This document shows, in pieces, positions 10,801-21,531 of a stretch of DNA of 64,000 nucleotides (positions within the stretch are counted from its first letter, which is position 1; each line of letters starts with the position of its first letter). The stretch covers positions 1 through 64,000 of the forward strand of contig JAUCBJ010007470.1 in the NCBI GenBank assembly GCA_032718475.1, read 5' to 3'. This stretch comes from Nemertoderma westbladi. Lineage: Eukaryota > Animalia > Xenacoelomorpha. The notes beneath the pieces are model-generated. The model was given only the letters and a program-made list of their open reading frames with translations. It ran no database searches and was not told the DNA's origin. The translations under genes were made by a program, and so were the position numbers.

Positions 10801-11968
10801 GCCCGAGCAGGATATCCATCCCCCGCCGTCTCTCGTCCACCCATTCGACCGCCGAAGCGGGAGTCGCCAACGTTGTAGCGGGCGGACGAGGGACAACGGG
10901 CGACAAATTGTGAATATTTCGCTCGGGGTCCAGGACCTGAACTGTCTCTTGGGCAGTTCTGCGGGGCACAGGTAGCTTAGTGCTATGTAGAGGGAATTTA
11001 TAGGTAGTCTCAGGGAGCACAGGTATGTCTATCACCGAAGGGGTGATTTCAAGAACAGGCCTAATTATTTCAGGCTCATCTACTATAGTAGGGAGTCTTT
11101 CTATTTTAATTATTTGGTCTGTGGGCTCTGTACTACCTAAGTTAGTGTTATTTAGTTGTCTTCTAACAGCTGGAGGCAAATCAGGCAATTTCTGCCGGTG
11201 GAATGTTCTTTTACGTCTGCTTAGGCGAGATCGATTTCTTCCGCCTTCAGTGTCGGTGGTATCGCCTTCCTCAGATGAGGTATACCCTTGTCTTTTGGGA
11301 GTAGATCGACTCATCATCTGCATATTACTAGCTGCTAACTGTTTACTGAAGTCGTCTTGCTTCTCTTGAAGATTTTCCAACTCCAGTTGGATGATCTCTT
11401 CAGCCGCTTTTCGTTCTACTTCCGCCATTGCTGCCGCTTTTGCCTCTGCTGCTGCCGCTTTTGCCTCTGCCGCTGCCGCTTTTCGTTCTGCTTCCGCCAC
11501 TGCTGCCGCTTTTGCCTCTGTTCGTTCTGCTTCCGCCACTGCTGCCGCTTTTGCCTCTGTTCGTTCTGCTTCCGCCACTGCTGCCGCTTTTGCCGCTGCC
11601 GCTGCCGCTTTTGCCTCTGCCGCTGCCGCTTTTCTTTCTGCCTCTGCCACTGCTGCTATCTTTCTGTCTTCTATACGCTTTTTCCTTACTTGTTCTTCCC
11701 TTTCTCTAGCGATGCGGAGTTGTTCATCGAATTTAGCTTGGTTCGCCGCTAACCTATCCACATCAATCGCATCTAACACAAGTTTGGCTCCTTCGCTATT
11801 AGGGCTAAGTCCCTCTAGCCTTCTCCTCAACTCTTCATCTCCCACAAAACGCTGATAGTCTGACAGATAGATGTCAATGGCATCCCTCTTATGCGGTTTC
11901 TCTGCTGTCACTTCGCTCTCGGTTGTATCTAGTAGACTGTCTGACAGATTCTGCTTTGCGTCAGACAT
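7811..11968 (-). CDS. BEL/Pao Gag-aspartic protease polyprotein with RT, most of RNase H and integrase missing
   Basis: DUF1759-like KFNGDEMKW..EKLRYL. Knuckles CVLCDGPHRLNAC, CYNCLRRGHQRRTC, CAKCGAKHHILLH. Protease LLDSGS and RTRVGWYLTGP. Then directly the RNase H tail WRYCPKKFNPTDIASRG and YSSWNRL. No YxDD or DDE. Confidence 0.9.
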   Translation of the reverse strand: MSDAKQNLSDSLLDTTESEVTAEKPHKRDAIDIYLSDYQRFVGDEELRRRLEGLSPNSEGAKLVLDAIDVDRLAANQAKFDEQLRIAREREEQVRKKRIEDRKIAAVAEAERKAAAAEAKAAAAAAKAAAVAEAERTEAKAAAVAEAERTEAKAAAVAEAERKAAAAEAKAAAAEAKAAAMAEVERKAAEEIIQLELENLQEKQDDFSKQLAASNMQMMSRSTPKRQGYTSSEEGDTTDTEGGRNRSRLSRRKRTFHRQKLPDLPPAVRRQLNNTNLGSTEPTDQIIKIERLPTIVDEPEIIRPVLEITPSVIDIPVLPETTYKFPLHSTKLPVPRRTAQETVQVLDPERNIHNLSPVVPRPPATTLATPASAVEWVDERRRGMDILLGQMQETVQQFKGTVRESRLELQEVQQSIALERDKLVNTQKGITPPSVTMCQPVRSEVLHAQGVEPTRIYTASEVETPIVNPIKGNYRPVDNDIPYRTDHNPRNLYTDNSILNSTMAQESFTRQMARTEARQAVKVGEIVKFNGDEMKWLPFNEYYKDNIQNSVLSNGEKLRYLIECLEGSPKLMALRFIGHPDGLRQVWDTLNIRYGNRNNIAGYLYAKLVAPRKFISSGIIEFSDEIQEICRQLDWLGKSHEYQSAMVIRAVASTLPKGGVGTRWDKKVLYMMEQQRRDPTMADLMSFLDGEVKLQLLRQSREKTLENKVSEKPVSRRRVTPVCYTDDGESQTSQGEDSGKDTDRSYYVNKMPKDQVSKSESRPNDRREPVQKTLPTSPKRIQVRKPEERTSVHHIAQVKVSNIKPKCVLCDGPHRLNACDKFLRKSLKDRREVMWDKRLCYNCLRRGHQRRTCNSDARCAKCGAKHHILLHTEFERNSPSQVSESELHVQFSDVNDTDQSEMEGFYTDEFSDQNESCYLINTTAVYRALVYEKDTDSDLTLTTSDQQPSWKAPTSNIGIREFPVVQLRVHGPQKSYIVNALLDSGSTGTFIDKELAEVIFAGQPKFRTKLNLSGIMQVWNSTVAADYYICELSTPQDELGEHSIRSVKMVAIKNFATTQADLYNWDEDESIQHLNIPRFQTDYPGVQILIGQNAHEALETLEKRPAQPQPLQTYAVRTRVGWYLTGPSGRTLRERLLQDRVCQMSEWEDDTSEGDDPTEGTPHSSDNDNLSSNVDQWRYCPKKFNPTDIASRGATPQELTDTTDRLGEPDFLSKENEWPSHLTPTEIIPAKGAEKVEPETRTCGSELFESGIDLSVLHVARDDAVDLGLPTASGSFMKIRESDWSSGTSDVSQGLSPLLQRATDHYSSWNRLCDAVIYFERCFYRHYSRTKRKPGIVFRMQRLNHPVGRLCLSEGNGGLSGNCGRQDSLPTTTSLILQTSRDSIT
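11400..11660 (-). repeat. Coding Ala/Glu/Lys-rich tandem repeat (39-bp core, TEAKAAAVAEAER) in the Gag N-terminus
   Basis: Repeated ctgccgcttttgcctctg units. Confidence 0.85.
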
Positions 11969-13334
11969 GCTTGTGTGTACAGTTGAATGTCTACTGCTGT
12001 ATTACAGTCTGAGCAAGTCTAGTAACTCAGTATTAACTGATAGCCTAGTAATTAATTACCGGTACTGCTACTCAGTGTAGCGTGATATATATAATATATT
12101 AGAATACCGGTATGCTTATAGTATATATAACTATTATTACAGACTAGGTTTATCACAGAATACCGGTATAATTTTAGCACAAATATATATAAATATATAA
12201 TAGGCCTATCGGGAATACCGGTATACAGCTTACAGTTTGTAGTATATATAATTCTAGACTAGAATTAATTACAAGTACCGGTATAATTTCAGCCTAGATT
12301 TATAGAAATAAGATAATAGGCCTATCGTAAATACCGGTATATCAATTATTTTAGAATAATTGAATTTCTGAAATTTAGGGTTACTTGGTTACTTTAACTT
12401 ACTTTATTACCGTTATTTAAGCAGTAATCCAACTGATATTGAGACCTAATGGTTTTAGGGTATGCCTACTATTTATAAATCGTTGGATTTGATTTATAAT
12501 ATATATACCCGTTTTAATGGGTTTTGTCTATGTTTGAAATAAATGTTATTATTTCTGGGGAGTAATCACTACACAAAGCGGTGCACTTTCAGTGAAGTGT
12601 TACGTATAGGACACTAAAACAAATAATTCTAATTTACCTAAGTTACTTAATACTACAAATTACGTACAATTCGGGTTGAGATTACAATCTCTAAATAAAC
12701 ACAAAAATTTACAAAAAACACAAAATACGAATTTTTAGGGTAATTTTGCAAGAAGTCTACAAACCAGCCTAACAAAGGGTTAGAAAACTGGTTATTACTA
12801 CGGACAGGGTACTACGGTATTTGAAATAATAAGTAGTAGTAAATACACTGCGTTGTCTAGATAGGAAAATACCACCGCCTGACGACCTATAGCCGTATCG
12901 CTATAGGTTCTACGTTATGTATCACGGAGTGTTCCTACCTAGAAGTTAATAGAGCTAATCGAATGTGCCTATCAACCACTTTACAACACAGATATAGTGT
13001 CTACAATAATTACTTCGGAAAGTACTGTACACTAAACCCTAAATTAGGTACGAGTACTTGTACAACAGATAATCAGTAGTTAAATATACTTGAACAGCTA
13101 AAAGAACCACGGCATCTGCTGGAGTGACCGATGCACAAAATCACCAGTCTTTACCTACGCCGAGCAGCCCGTGTAGTACCGGGGTTAATTTAACTATAGC
13201 GGTATGTATAACAAACACAATTACTGTAGGAACAAACTTGGGGAATGAATGTTGCGGATAATCGCATAAACTCTGAATAATAAATATTACGCTACGCGTA
13301 CAAACTACTCAAACAAAATACAGACCGAACACTG

Positions 13335-13848
13335 ACAGACTACTATCAAGCCTAAACAAACTACGGTATATGCAGACTCCGAAATGATTAGGGAGTATGC
13401 GCTCTAACCCAGTAGTGCGACTTATTCTTTAGTTGGGGAATTACCTTACAGCGTTCGCTGCCCCTACTGCCTAATCGTACTTAATCGGACAGATGATCTA
13501 CACACGCGGCAATCCGTTCAGACCTAACAACAGCCAGACAACTATCCAGCCTACAAATTATCTAAATAAAATTATACGCTACCCGTACAGACTTACACAA
13601 ACAAAGTACAGACTAAACGATGGCAGACCACTCTCAAGCCTAAATAAACCACAGGACATGCAGACTCCGAAATGATTAGGGAGTATGCGCTCTAACCCAG
13701 TAGTGCGACTTATTCTTTAGTTGGGGGATTACCTTACAGCGTTCGCTGCCCCTACTGCCTAATCGTACTTAATCGGACAGGTGATCTACACACACTGCAA
13801 TTCGTTCGGACTTAACAGCAATCAGACAACAGCTCAGCCTACAAATCG
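13335..13848. repeat. Direct duplication (offset 288 bp) in the LTR element leader
   Basis: Cores 13370-13505 and 13658-13793 are near-identical. Confidence 0.85.
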
Positions 13849-14130
13849 TCTGTACTATCTGATCAGGCTTACACGCCTTCTGTTCAATACTGGCCTACAA
13901 ATAAATAAAACTTGACAGAAATAAGTAAACCATATAAAGGAATAAGGGGTGATCAATCCCTAATCCCCTAAACAGCCTACCGGTATGCAACAATCAAATC
14001 GAATAATACTAGTGTACTTATACGGAAGTACCGGTTAGGACAGCTAGGCCTATGGACCTACAGATGTACCGGTTCAGGTTTACCGGTTGACCGGTACTTT
14101 CAACTTTATTGCTTACTGCAACAAAGAAGC

Positions 14131-14142
14131 TATATCCTTTAA
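14131..14142 (-). other. Primer-binding site, self-complementary type
   Basis: TTAAAGGATATA (- strand) abuts the 5' LTR end, lacks TGG, and is the exact complement of the LTR 12-mer at 18952-18963 / 4111-4122. Confidence 0.65.
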
Positions 14143-15383
14143 TGTTCGCGCTTTCAGACCTTTGGCAGTTTAACCCGCCAAATTAAGATGTCTTCTAGAT
14201 ATTAAATCGCTTTTTAGCCTATGACAAGTATTTGATTCACTACACTAGTCGAAACCAATCCGTGCGCGACCATTCACCCGCTGGATATTCCCGGGAGATT
14301 GGGTTCGACGGTTTAATTTTGTTGCTATGTAAGCCTAATGTATTATTCGACTGACAGTATTATATAATCTCTGACAATATTATTTACCTTCGGGAATATT
14401 AACAGTTCCTTTAGGACGTGGCGCTTTATCTACATAAACAGAGTTATGACTTAAACTACTCACAACGATATGGCTTAATTATAATTCACATATATGGCGC
14501 ATTCTTTAGGAATGCTTCTTTAACAGACTCACTCATACACAATGCTGCACAATACTGCACACTAATCTGCCGATCTTCACTGATTTTAGTCACATATAAA
14601 AGGAACACAGACTGACTCATGTAGGGTCTATCAAATAACATTAGATTCACTTCAAACCACTTTAACATAAGTCACAATCGTTTATCTGTAACCTTTCTCT
14701 CTTACCTTCGGTATATCAAGAATATTGGGTGTCGGGGTTATTTCTCGTTATTCCAATATAATAATTCATCAACAAATATAATGAATAACCGACAACAAAT
14801 AGCAGTATGCAATATTCACAAAGCCACCCTGCAAACAATTTAACGTTCAAATGGCGTTGAAAAACGAAAAATTTATAACAAATAAACGCTAGAATCTGAC
14901 GTTAGTAAAAGTAGATCGAACGTTCGTTTGGCCGCTTTTGTGACGTTAAAATTACCCCCAAATCAACGTTGAATTTTACGTCAAATATATAAATTCCAAC
15001 GTTATCTTTAACCGTTGAATTTGCAGTATATTAATCGTTAAACCAACTTCAGTTAATCGACAAAACTGACGTTAGATATCCATATTCCAACGTTTATTTA
15101 ATCAGGGATTTTCAGTTTTTCAGGCCACTAGGTAAATCTCACGTTACCTTACGTTGTACATTGCACATTATACTGTAATTATCTCATCAGCATTATTAAT
15201 ACAACATTTAGGCCTATAATATGTTATGTGAATTATAAATGAATGGAAACTTTATGTTTGAAACTTATTCATTTATTTATTTACATTATAAATTAAATTA
15301 TTACAAAATTATCAGATAGTTAGTTGACAGCACAGATACAGTCTATAGTTCGCATTGGCAAAAATAAGTCTTACTTAAACGAA

Positions 15384-18134
15384 TTACGAGTCCACATCCG
15401 CACCGTCACCATCGCCCTCATTATCGCTAATTGTCGATCCCGCATCGTCTTTGCTGCATCGTTCTTTCGGTTTTCCGCGAGCCACACTAAAAAAACAAAA
15501 TAATTAATTAATCAACTAATTTACTGTAAACGAATTCCTGTAATAATAATGTAATAACGTAAGTAAGTACTGTATGTATGTACTCAGCACCGCAAATTTA
15601 TTCATTACTTACAATTTAATGCAATGGTGATAAACAGTTTCAGAGCGTAATATTGTAGCAAAATGGATGCCATAATGTAGGCCTACAGTACTAACCAAAT
15701 CCCCCATAGTGTAGGCCTACAGTACTAACCCAATCACCCATAATGTAGGCCTACAGTACTAACCCAATCCCCCATAATGTAGGCCTACAGTACTAACCCA
15801 ATCCCCCATAATGTAGGCCTACAGTACTAACCCAATCCCCCATAATGTAGGCCTACAGTACTAACCAAATCCCCCATAGTGTAGGCCTACAGTACTAACC
15901 CAATCCCCCATAATGTAGGCCTACAGTACTAACCCAATCCCCCATAATATAGGCCTACAGTACTAACCCCTTCCCCCATAATGTAGGCCTACAGTACTAA
16001 TCAAATCCCCCATAATGTAGGCCTACAGTACTAACCCAATCCCCCATAATGTAGGCCTACAGTACTAACCCAATCCCCCATAATGTAGGCCTACAGTACT
16101 AACCCAATCCCCCATAATGTAGGCCTACAGTACTAACCCAATCCCCCATAATGTAGGCCTACAGTACTAACCCAATCCCCCATAATGTAGGCCTACAGTA
16201 CTAACCCAATCCCCCATAATGTAACCAGCGTGAACCCTAACCAAACCTAACCCACCCCTGACCCAACTCAACAACAGTATTCATTGAATTAATAAAACGA
16301 TTTCATTTAATTACAGTAATACTTACTAATTATCCCCTCCGGGTCTATTGCTTGCCTGCGGAAAAAACACCGATATAGCGCCATCCACCGCACCATCTTC
16401 AAAATCTTTGAGAAGAACAGCTCCTATAATACAAAATAATCATATATTTATAACAGATATCAATATTATGATTAAATCATATTTATTAAATATGATTTAT
16501 AACAAATATTTAAATCTTCCCTACACAGTATTAATTGGTACAATATTATGATATTAATAGTAGGCCTATGCATATAGTTTATTGCAAAATAATGGTTAAA
16601 CAACGCACGCAACCCCCCCCCCCCCCCCCCCCCCCCATATCTAACGAGGACAAGAAATAACATTGCACCCGTGCATACAGTACCGATTAGAACCGACTTT
16701 ACAGCAATTTAATTTCAAAGTAATTTCCATGATATTAATAATTAATAATAATATTGCATTTAAAAAAAGATAGCGCTGGCTGATGGTATCCATAGTTTAC
16801 TTAATATTCTAGAATATTATAATATCATATAAACAATTTTTGTCTTCTTTACACTCGCTCACATCGTTCGTTCTTGTAACAAACCACTTGGTTCCACACA
16901 ATTTAAGTGCTACATATTTACAGACATGTATGTAAATATTTATTACAGTATTTACTTTACAATTAGTCTAAAAGTACAATAAACCATTTACGCTGCAACT
17001 TACGTGAAACTCCAATTCTTGGGTTTGAAACTGGCCGGTCAGAAATAGTCGCTGAGCGATCGAACATGGCTTGATGAGATTGACGGTCAATGATAATGGG
17101 TTGCGAGTGTGGGCGGTCGACACTGGGCCGTGGATGTGGACGGCCAACTACCGTGGGATGTGAATGTGGACGGTCCAAAGTAGTGGACGATTGCGAAAAA
17201 TCGAATGAGACCGGGACAGGTTGCGGGGCCAATGTGGATGGGGAGAAAGCGCGCCGAGAGCGTTCTTCATTGGAAAGTAGAGAGATGCTACGTGGTTCTA
17301 GTTGTCCAATATTCAGTATTGAATTTGATTCAAACTGCAAGTATTCATCACTTGGTAATTGCGAAAACTCAAGATCCTGTTGCACCACCGGCGGTGCAAG
17401 CGATGTTACATAAGGATACTCAGGAATTGCAGGGATGTTTCTGAAACCAATAACAGTAAATTCGGATGCTCGTGTTATACAGTATATAAAGTTTACATTA
17501 AAATTACATTTATTCCAAAATTGTAACATTACTTAACGCCGTTAGTATTAACAGCGAGTAGTTATTTAGCACTTTACAACCTTAGAGGACATTACAGCAT
17601 TGTATTGGCCTGTACATTTAGTATTGTATTTGGTGTCATTGTTTACGTGGTAACCATGACGGCGTTAAGTAATGTCACCCTAAGTGGACAATACTTAACG
17701 CCGTCATTGGTTACCAAGTAAACAATAGGTGGAAATTTGCCGACAACGCGCTCCTCTATTGCCTTAGCTGCCAATAGATCATCTGAAAAATATTATTAAC
17801 ATTTAAATTTAGTCTACAGTACTGTAATAATTATTATTTGAATTAATAATTATTAGATTGTTAGATATTCATATACGATGATCCTATCTAATTATCAGAA
17901 TACTACCGTTAAAATACCTTTGCATGAGTTTCGAATAAATGTGCAAGGCCAAGATCCCCATTGCCCAACTGCAGTGTCACCAGCAGGTAACGACTCCCTC
18001 AGCGCCTTGGATGCAAGTTTAGTGTTTATGGGATATGCTGATGTAAGTCCATCGGCCGACAACCATCCACTACATATTGTTGCAACTTCCTCAACGCCAT
18101 CCGGGCCCGTGAAGATGACAACACAATAAGCCAT
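15384..18134 (-). CDS. 5-exon transposon accessory gene (about 313 aa, TnpA/DUF4806-like by inference): exons 18134-17918, 17782-17695, 17440-17004, 16423-16327, 15486-15384
   Basis: All introns GT-AG and phase-compatible (942 nt). The N-terminus MAYCVVIF..VATICSGWL..W..PC and the late ISVFFPQASNRPGG resemble second-ORF proteins of animal EnSpm. Confidence 0.65.
15671..16224. repeat. 34-bp minisatellite, about 16 copies
   Basis: Unit cataatgtaggcctacagtactaacccaatcccc. Confidence 0.95.
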
Positions 18135-19409
18135 ATGTACAGAATATATACAGAATATCGTTTATAAACAGAATATCGAAATATTACAGTTAGTTCAGGT
18201 TTACCAATCAGACAGCAATTTAATTAATGTATTACAAAAATTTAAGGAAATAAAAAAAACAATAAAACTGCTAATGCAATAATACCCATCACAGTTCAGT
18301 ACCTACTTGTATTGCATGCATATGATATGTTCTTTAGGTAAGTAGATGCATTTACTAATAATGTGAATAATAATAAGTGTAAATACAGTAAACATTATAC
18401 TGTAATATGCAACTTTACTCAAATCCTATAATATAATCCTATAATAATACTGACAAATATAGTGTAAGTAACCGTAACCAATCAGAAGCAATATATTATT
18501 ATAACACCATAGGCAGGTATTGTGTTGTTGGGCAGTGTGTCTACTGTAATATCCATCCACATGGGAATGTATCATGGCATCTGTCTGGCGCATTGTAGAA
18601 CTACAATATGAACGTTATTTCACTTAAAAATAACGTTGAAAATTAACGTTTATAATTAAACTCGGAACTAACGTTGCTATCGAACGTCATCACACATTGA
18701 GAGATCGATGAAAATTAACGTTCGAATTTTACGCTGAATTAACGATTATGATTGGTTTATTTTAAACATGTAATTTTTCTAGCATAGTGGAACGTTAATC
18801 AAACGTTGAACAATATGTTATTTATTCATGTGATTTTCCAACTTAATCCACACCTATATTAACGTAAATTTAACGTACCATGTTTGCAGGGCAGTTATGC
18901 AGTACTGCAGTATGCAGTGATTACGAAATTGCAGAGTGTTTGTTTCGTCAGTTAAAGGATATATGTCCTTGTAATTAAACCTACTAGTGTTGAGCTAAAA
19001 AGCATAAAACATAAAACACTAAAAGCCGTTCTTTCGTGGCTTTGAAAAACTCGTGACTACTGCTCTATACGAGTATACCAACCACTCTTATTCCACGAAG
19101 CTCCCGTTCAACACAGAGAAAGAGCAGTGAGATAGGACATTTTCAGTTCAGTACTCTGTGATTGGTCAAAATCAAGGCTAACTCAAAATTCTATTGGGAG
19201 ATACAAAAACAAGGCTATGACGCAACCTCCCTAGGCTTGTTGGCCGATTAAACAGAGCCCAGATGCCTGCGTACAGCAAATCAGCCAATAAGCTGGTAAC
19301 TTGCACTATTTTTAGCTGTAGATCACTTTGAGAGTATTCTTAGCGACTGGGGGGGAACTGGCCAACAAGGCAAACGAATCAGTTATCCCACAAAAGCTTT
19401 TACAGCCAG

Positions 19410-21531
19410 CAAACCCAGGACAAGCAAGCAAATCAACTATGACTGGGAGAAACTCAGAACTGACAATGCTGTAAAGGATGCTTATACAGTAGAAGTTCAA
19501 AACCGCTTTGAAGCACTTCAGTCAATGGATGAAGACCAATCCACCGATTCAATATACCAGAATATAATAACAGCCCACAAGGAATCAGCTAAGAGGCATA
19601 TCCCCCAGAAACCTAAACGAAAACAGTATGTGCCATGGCAAAACTCTGAGGTTACTTGTAAGAGAGAAGATCTTAAGATAGCCTACAAAGTTAAAACCGA
19701 ACAACCAACAACCGAAAACATTAACAAGGTTGAGAAAGCTAAGGACGATCTTAAATTGGCCTACAACATCAGCCAGGAAAAGTACATACAGGATAAAACT
19801 GAAGCAATTACAACTGCTCACATACAGCAACAATCAAGACTTACCTGGCAAACTGTAAATGAGGTATCTAGTCGGAAAAGTTGTGCAAAGGGGCGCCTCA
19901 AAGCCGATAGTCCTGAAGAACGTGTTGGGAAGTGGAAAAATCACTTCAGCAACTTGCTTGGGCAGCCACCAAACATCGAGGTCAGCCCTACAAGGAAAAT
20001 ATATGACAAGACACTACCTATAGAAACAGGGGACTTCACACCTGCCGAACTCCAAAGAAGCATTAAAAGCATGTCCAATAATAAAGCGAGTGGATTAGAT
20101 GAAATCCCAGCAGAGGTATGGAAAACCGGAGTGCTAAATAGACCACTATTGAATGTTTGCAACCGGATGTTAAAAGGAGAAAAGCCACCACCAATTTGGA
20201 CAACTTTTGGTCAACTAAAGCCTCTCCCCAAGAAAGGAGACCTCGGCATACCAACAAACTATCGTGGGATCTGTCTGCTTGTGGTAGCTGCCAAAATATA
20301 CAATAAAATGATTCTATATAGGATTAGGCCTCACATAGAGAAACTACTGCGTAAGAGCCAAAACGGATTTCGACCAAGTAGATCAACAATAGCTCAGATA
20401 CTTGCACTACGGAGACTGATTGAAGGAATTAAGTCAAAGAATCTCCCCGCAGTCATGACTTTTGTGGACTTCAAGAAGGCATTCGACTCCATCCATAGAG
20501 GTAAAATGCTTGAAATCCTAAGAGCTTATGGAATACCAGAAGTAATTGTTGATGGCATTGGATTGCTATATTGTGACACAGAAGCGCAGGTACTCTCACC
20601 AGATGGTGAAACTGAGTTTTTCTCAATCCTGGCTGGCGTACTGCAAGGTGACACATTAGCACCATTACTATTTGTAATTGTGCTGGATTATGCAATGAGG
20701 ACGGCCACAAAGGGTGAAGATCTGGGATTCACACTTCAAGAACGCAGAAGTAGTAGATATCCGGCAACTACAGTCACAGACACCGACTTTGCAGATGACA
20801 TCGCCCTGCTCTCTAATACGCTAGCAGATGCACAGCTTCTACTAAATAAAGTGGGGAGGGCTGCTAAGGAGGTTGGATTGCATATAAATGCTACCAAGAC
20901 CGAATTCATGACCTTTAATGTTGATGGAAACTTGACAACCATTGATAATAATCAACTAAGGAAGGTCGATGACTTCCAGTACCTTGGATCATGGATAGAG
21001 AGTAGCAAAAAGGACATAGAAGTTAGGAAAGCAAAGGCTTGGGGAGCTCTATCAAAAATGGATACCATCTGGAAATCAGATCTCTCCAGGCACCTGAAGA
21101 CCAAGTTCTTTCGAGCCACAGTGGAAAGTGTATTTTTATACGGGGGTGAGACCTGGACACTGACTAAATCACTTGAACAACGAATTGATGGTTGCTACAC
21201 AAGACTACTAAGGGCAGCCCTAAACATCAGCTGGAGACAACACATGACAAACGCCGAGCTTTATGGTACAATACCACCTGTATCAACCACCCTCCGTGAA
21301 CGCAGATTAAGATTCAGTGGGCACTGCTGGCGAAGTAAAGACGAGGTCATACCAGATCTACTTCTCTGGCAACCAACTCATGGAAAGCGTAGTCGTGGAC
21401 GACCTGCCATAACATATATAGATCAACTTGAAAGGGATACTGAACTTGGGAGAAACGAAATTGCGACAACTATGGAGAATCGGGAAGCCTGGAAGGATCT
21501 CATTTCCACTGTCCGAGTTCGCTCGACCTAG
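19410..21531 (+). CDS. RTE ORF, linker plus reverse transcriptase and C-terminus
   Basis: Motifs KASGLDEIP, NYRGICL, QNGFRPSRST, FVDFKKAFDS, GVLQGDTLAPLLF, FADD, FQYLGS, RLRFSGH; no stops. Confidence 0.95.

Larger units (their letters stand above)
14827..18891 (-). mobile_element. Non-autonomous CMC/EnSpm(CACTA)-type DNA transposon
   Basis: TIR CCCTGCAAACA...TGTTTGCAGGG, 2-bp TSD CA, many AACGTT/GACGTT subterminal repeats. CCC ends with a 2-bp TSD are typical of animal EnSpm. No transposase seen. Confidence 0.85.
3369..19404 (-). mobile_element. Non-autonomous BEL/Pao LTR retrotransposon
   Basis: TG...CA LTRs (3369-4563 and 14143-19404), 5-bp TSD GCCAG (3364-3368, 19405-19409), BEL-type Gag with three zinc knuckles, PPT-like TGGGAGCGG before the 3' LTR. 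Confidence 0.93.
14143..19404 (-). repeat. 5' LTR, interrupted by a DNA transposon at 14827-18891
   Basis: Same sequence as 3369-4563, broken at ...aaagcCA|insert|CAgttatgc. Confidence 0.95.

Noticed and set aside
11400-11660. Type I antifreeze-like Ala repeat
   Set aside because: The period is 13 aa and charged, not the 11-aa Thr register, and it is part of Gag.
11357-11855. Cys/Arg-, Ala- and Leu/Pro-rich + strand ORFs
   Set aside because: Antisense frames of the Gag repeat.
15671-16224. CRISPR-like regular array
   Set aside because: No unique spacers; a simple tandem repeat in eukaryotic DNA with no cas genes.
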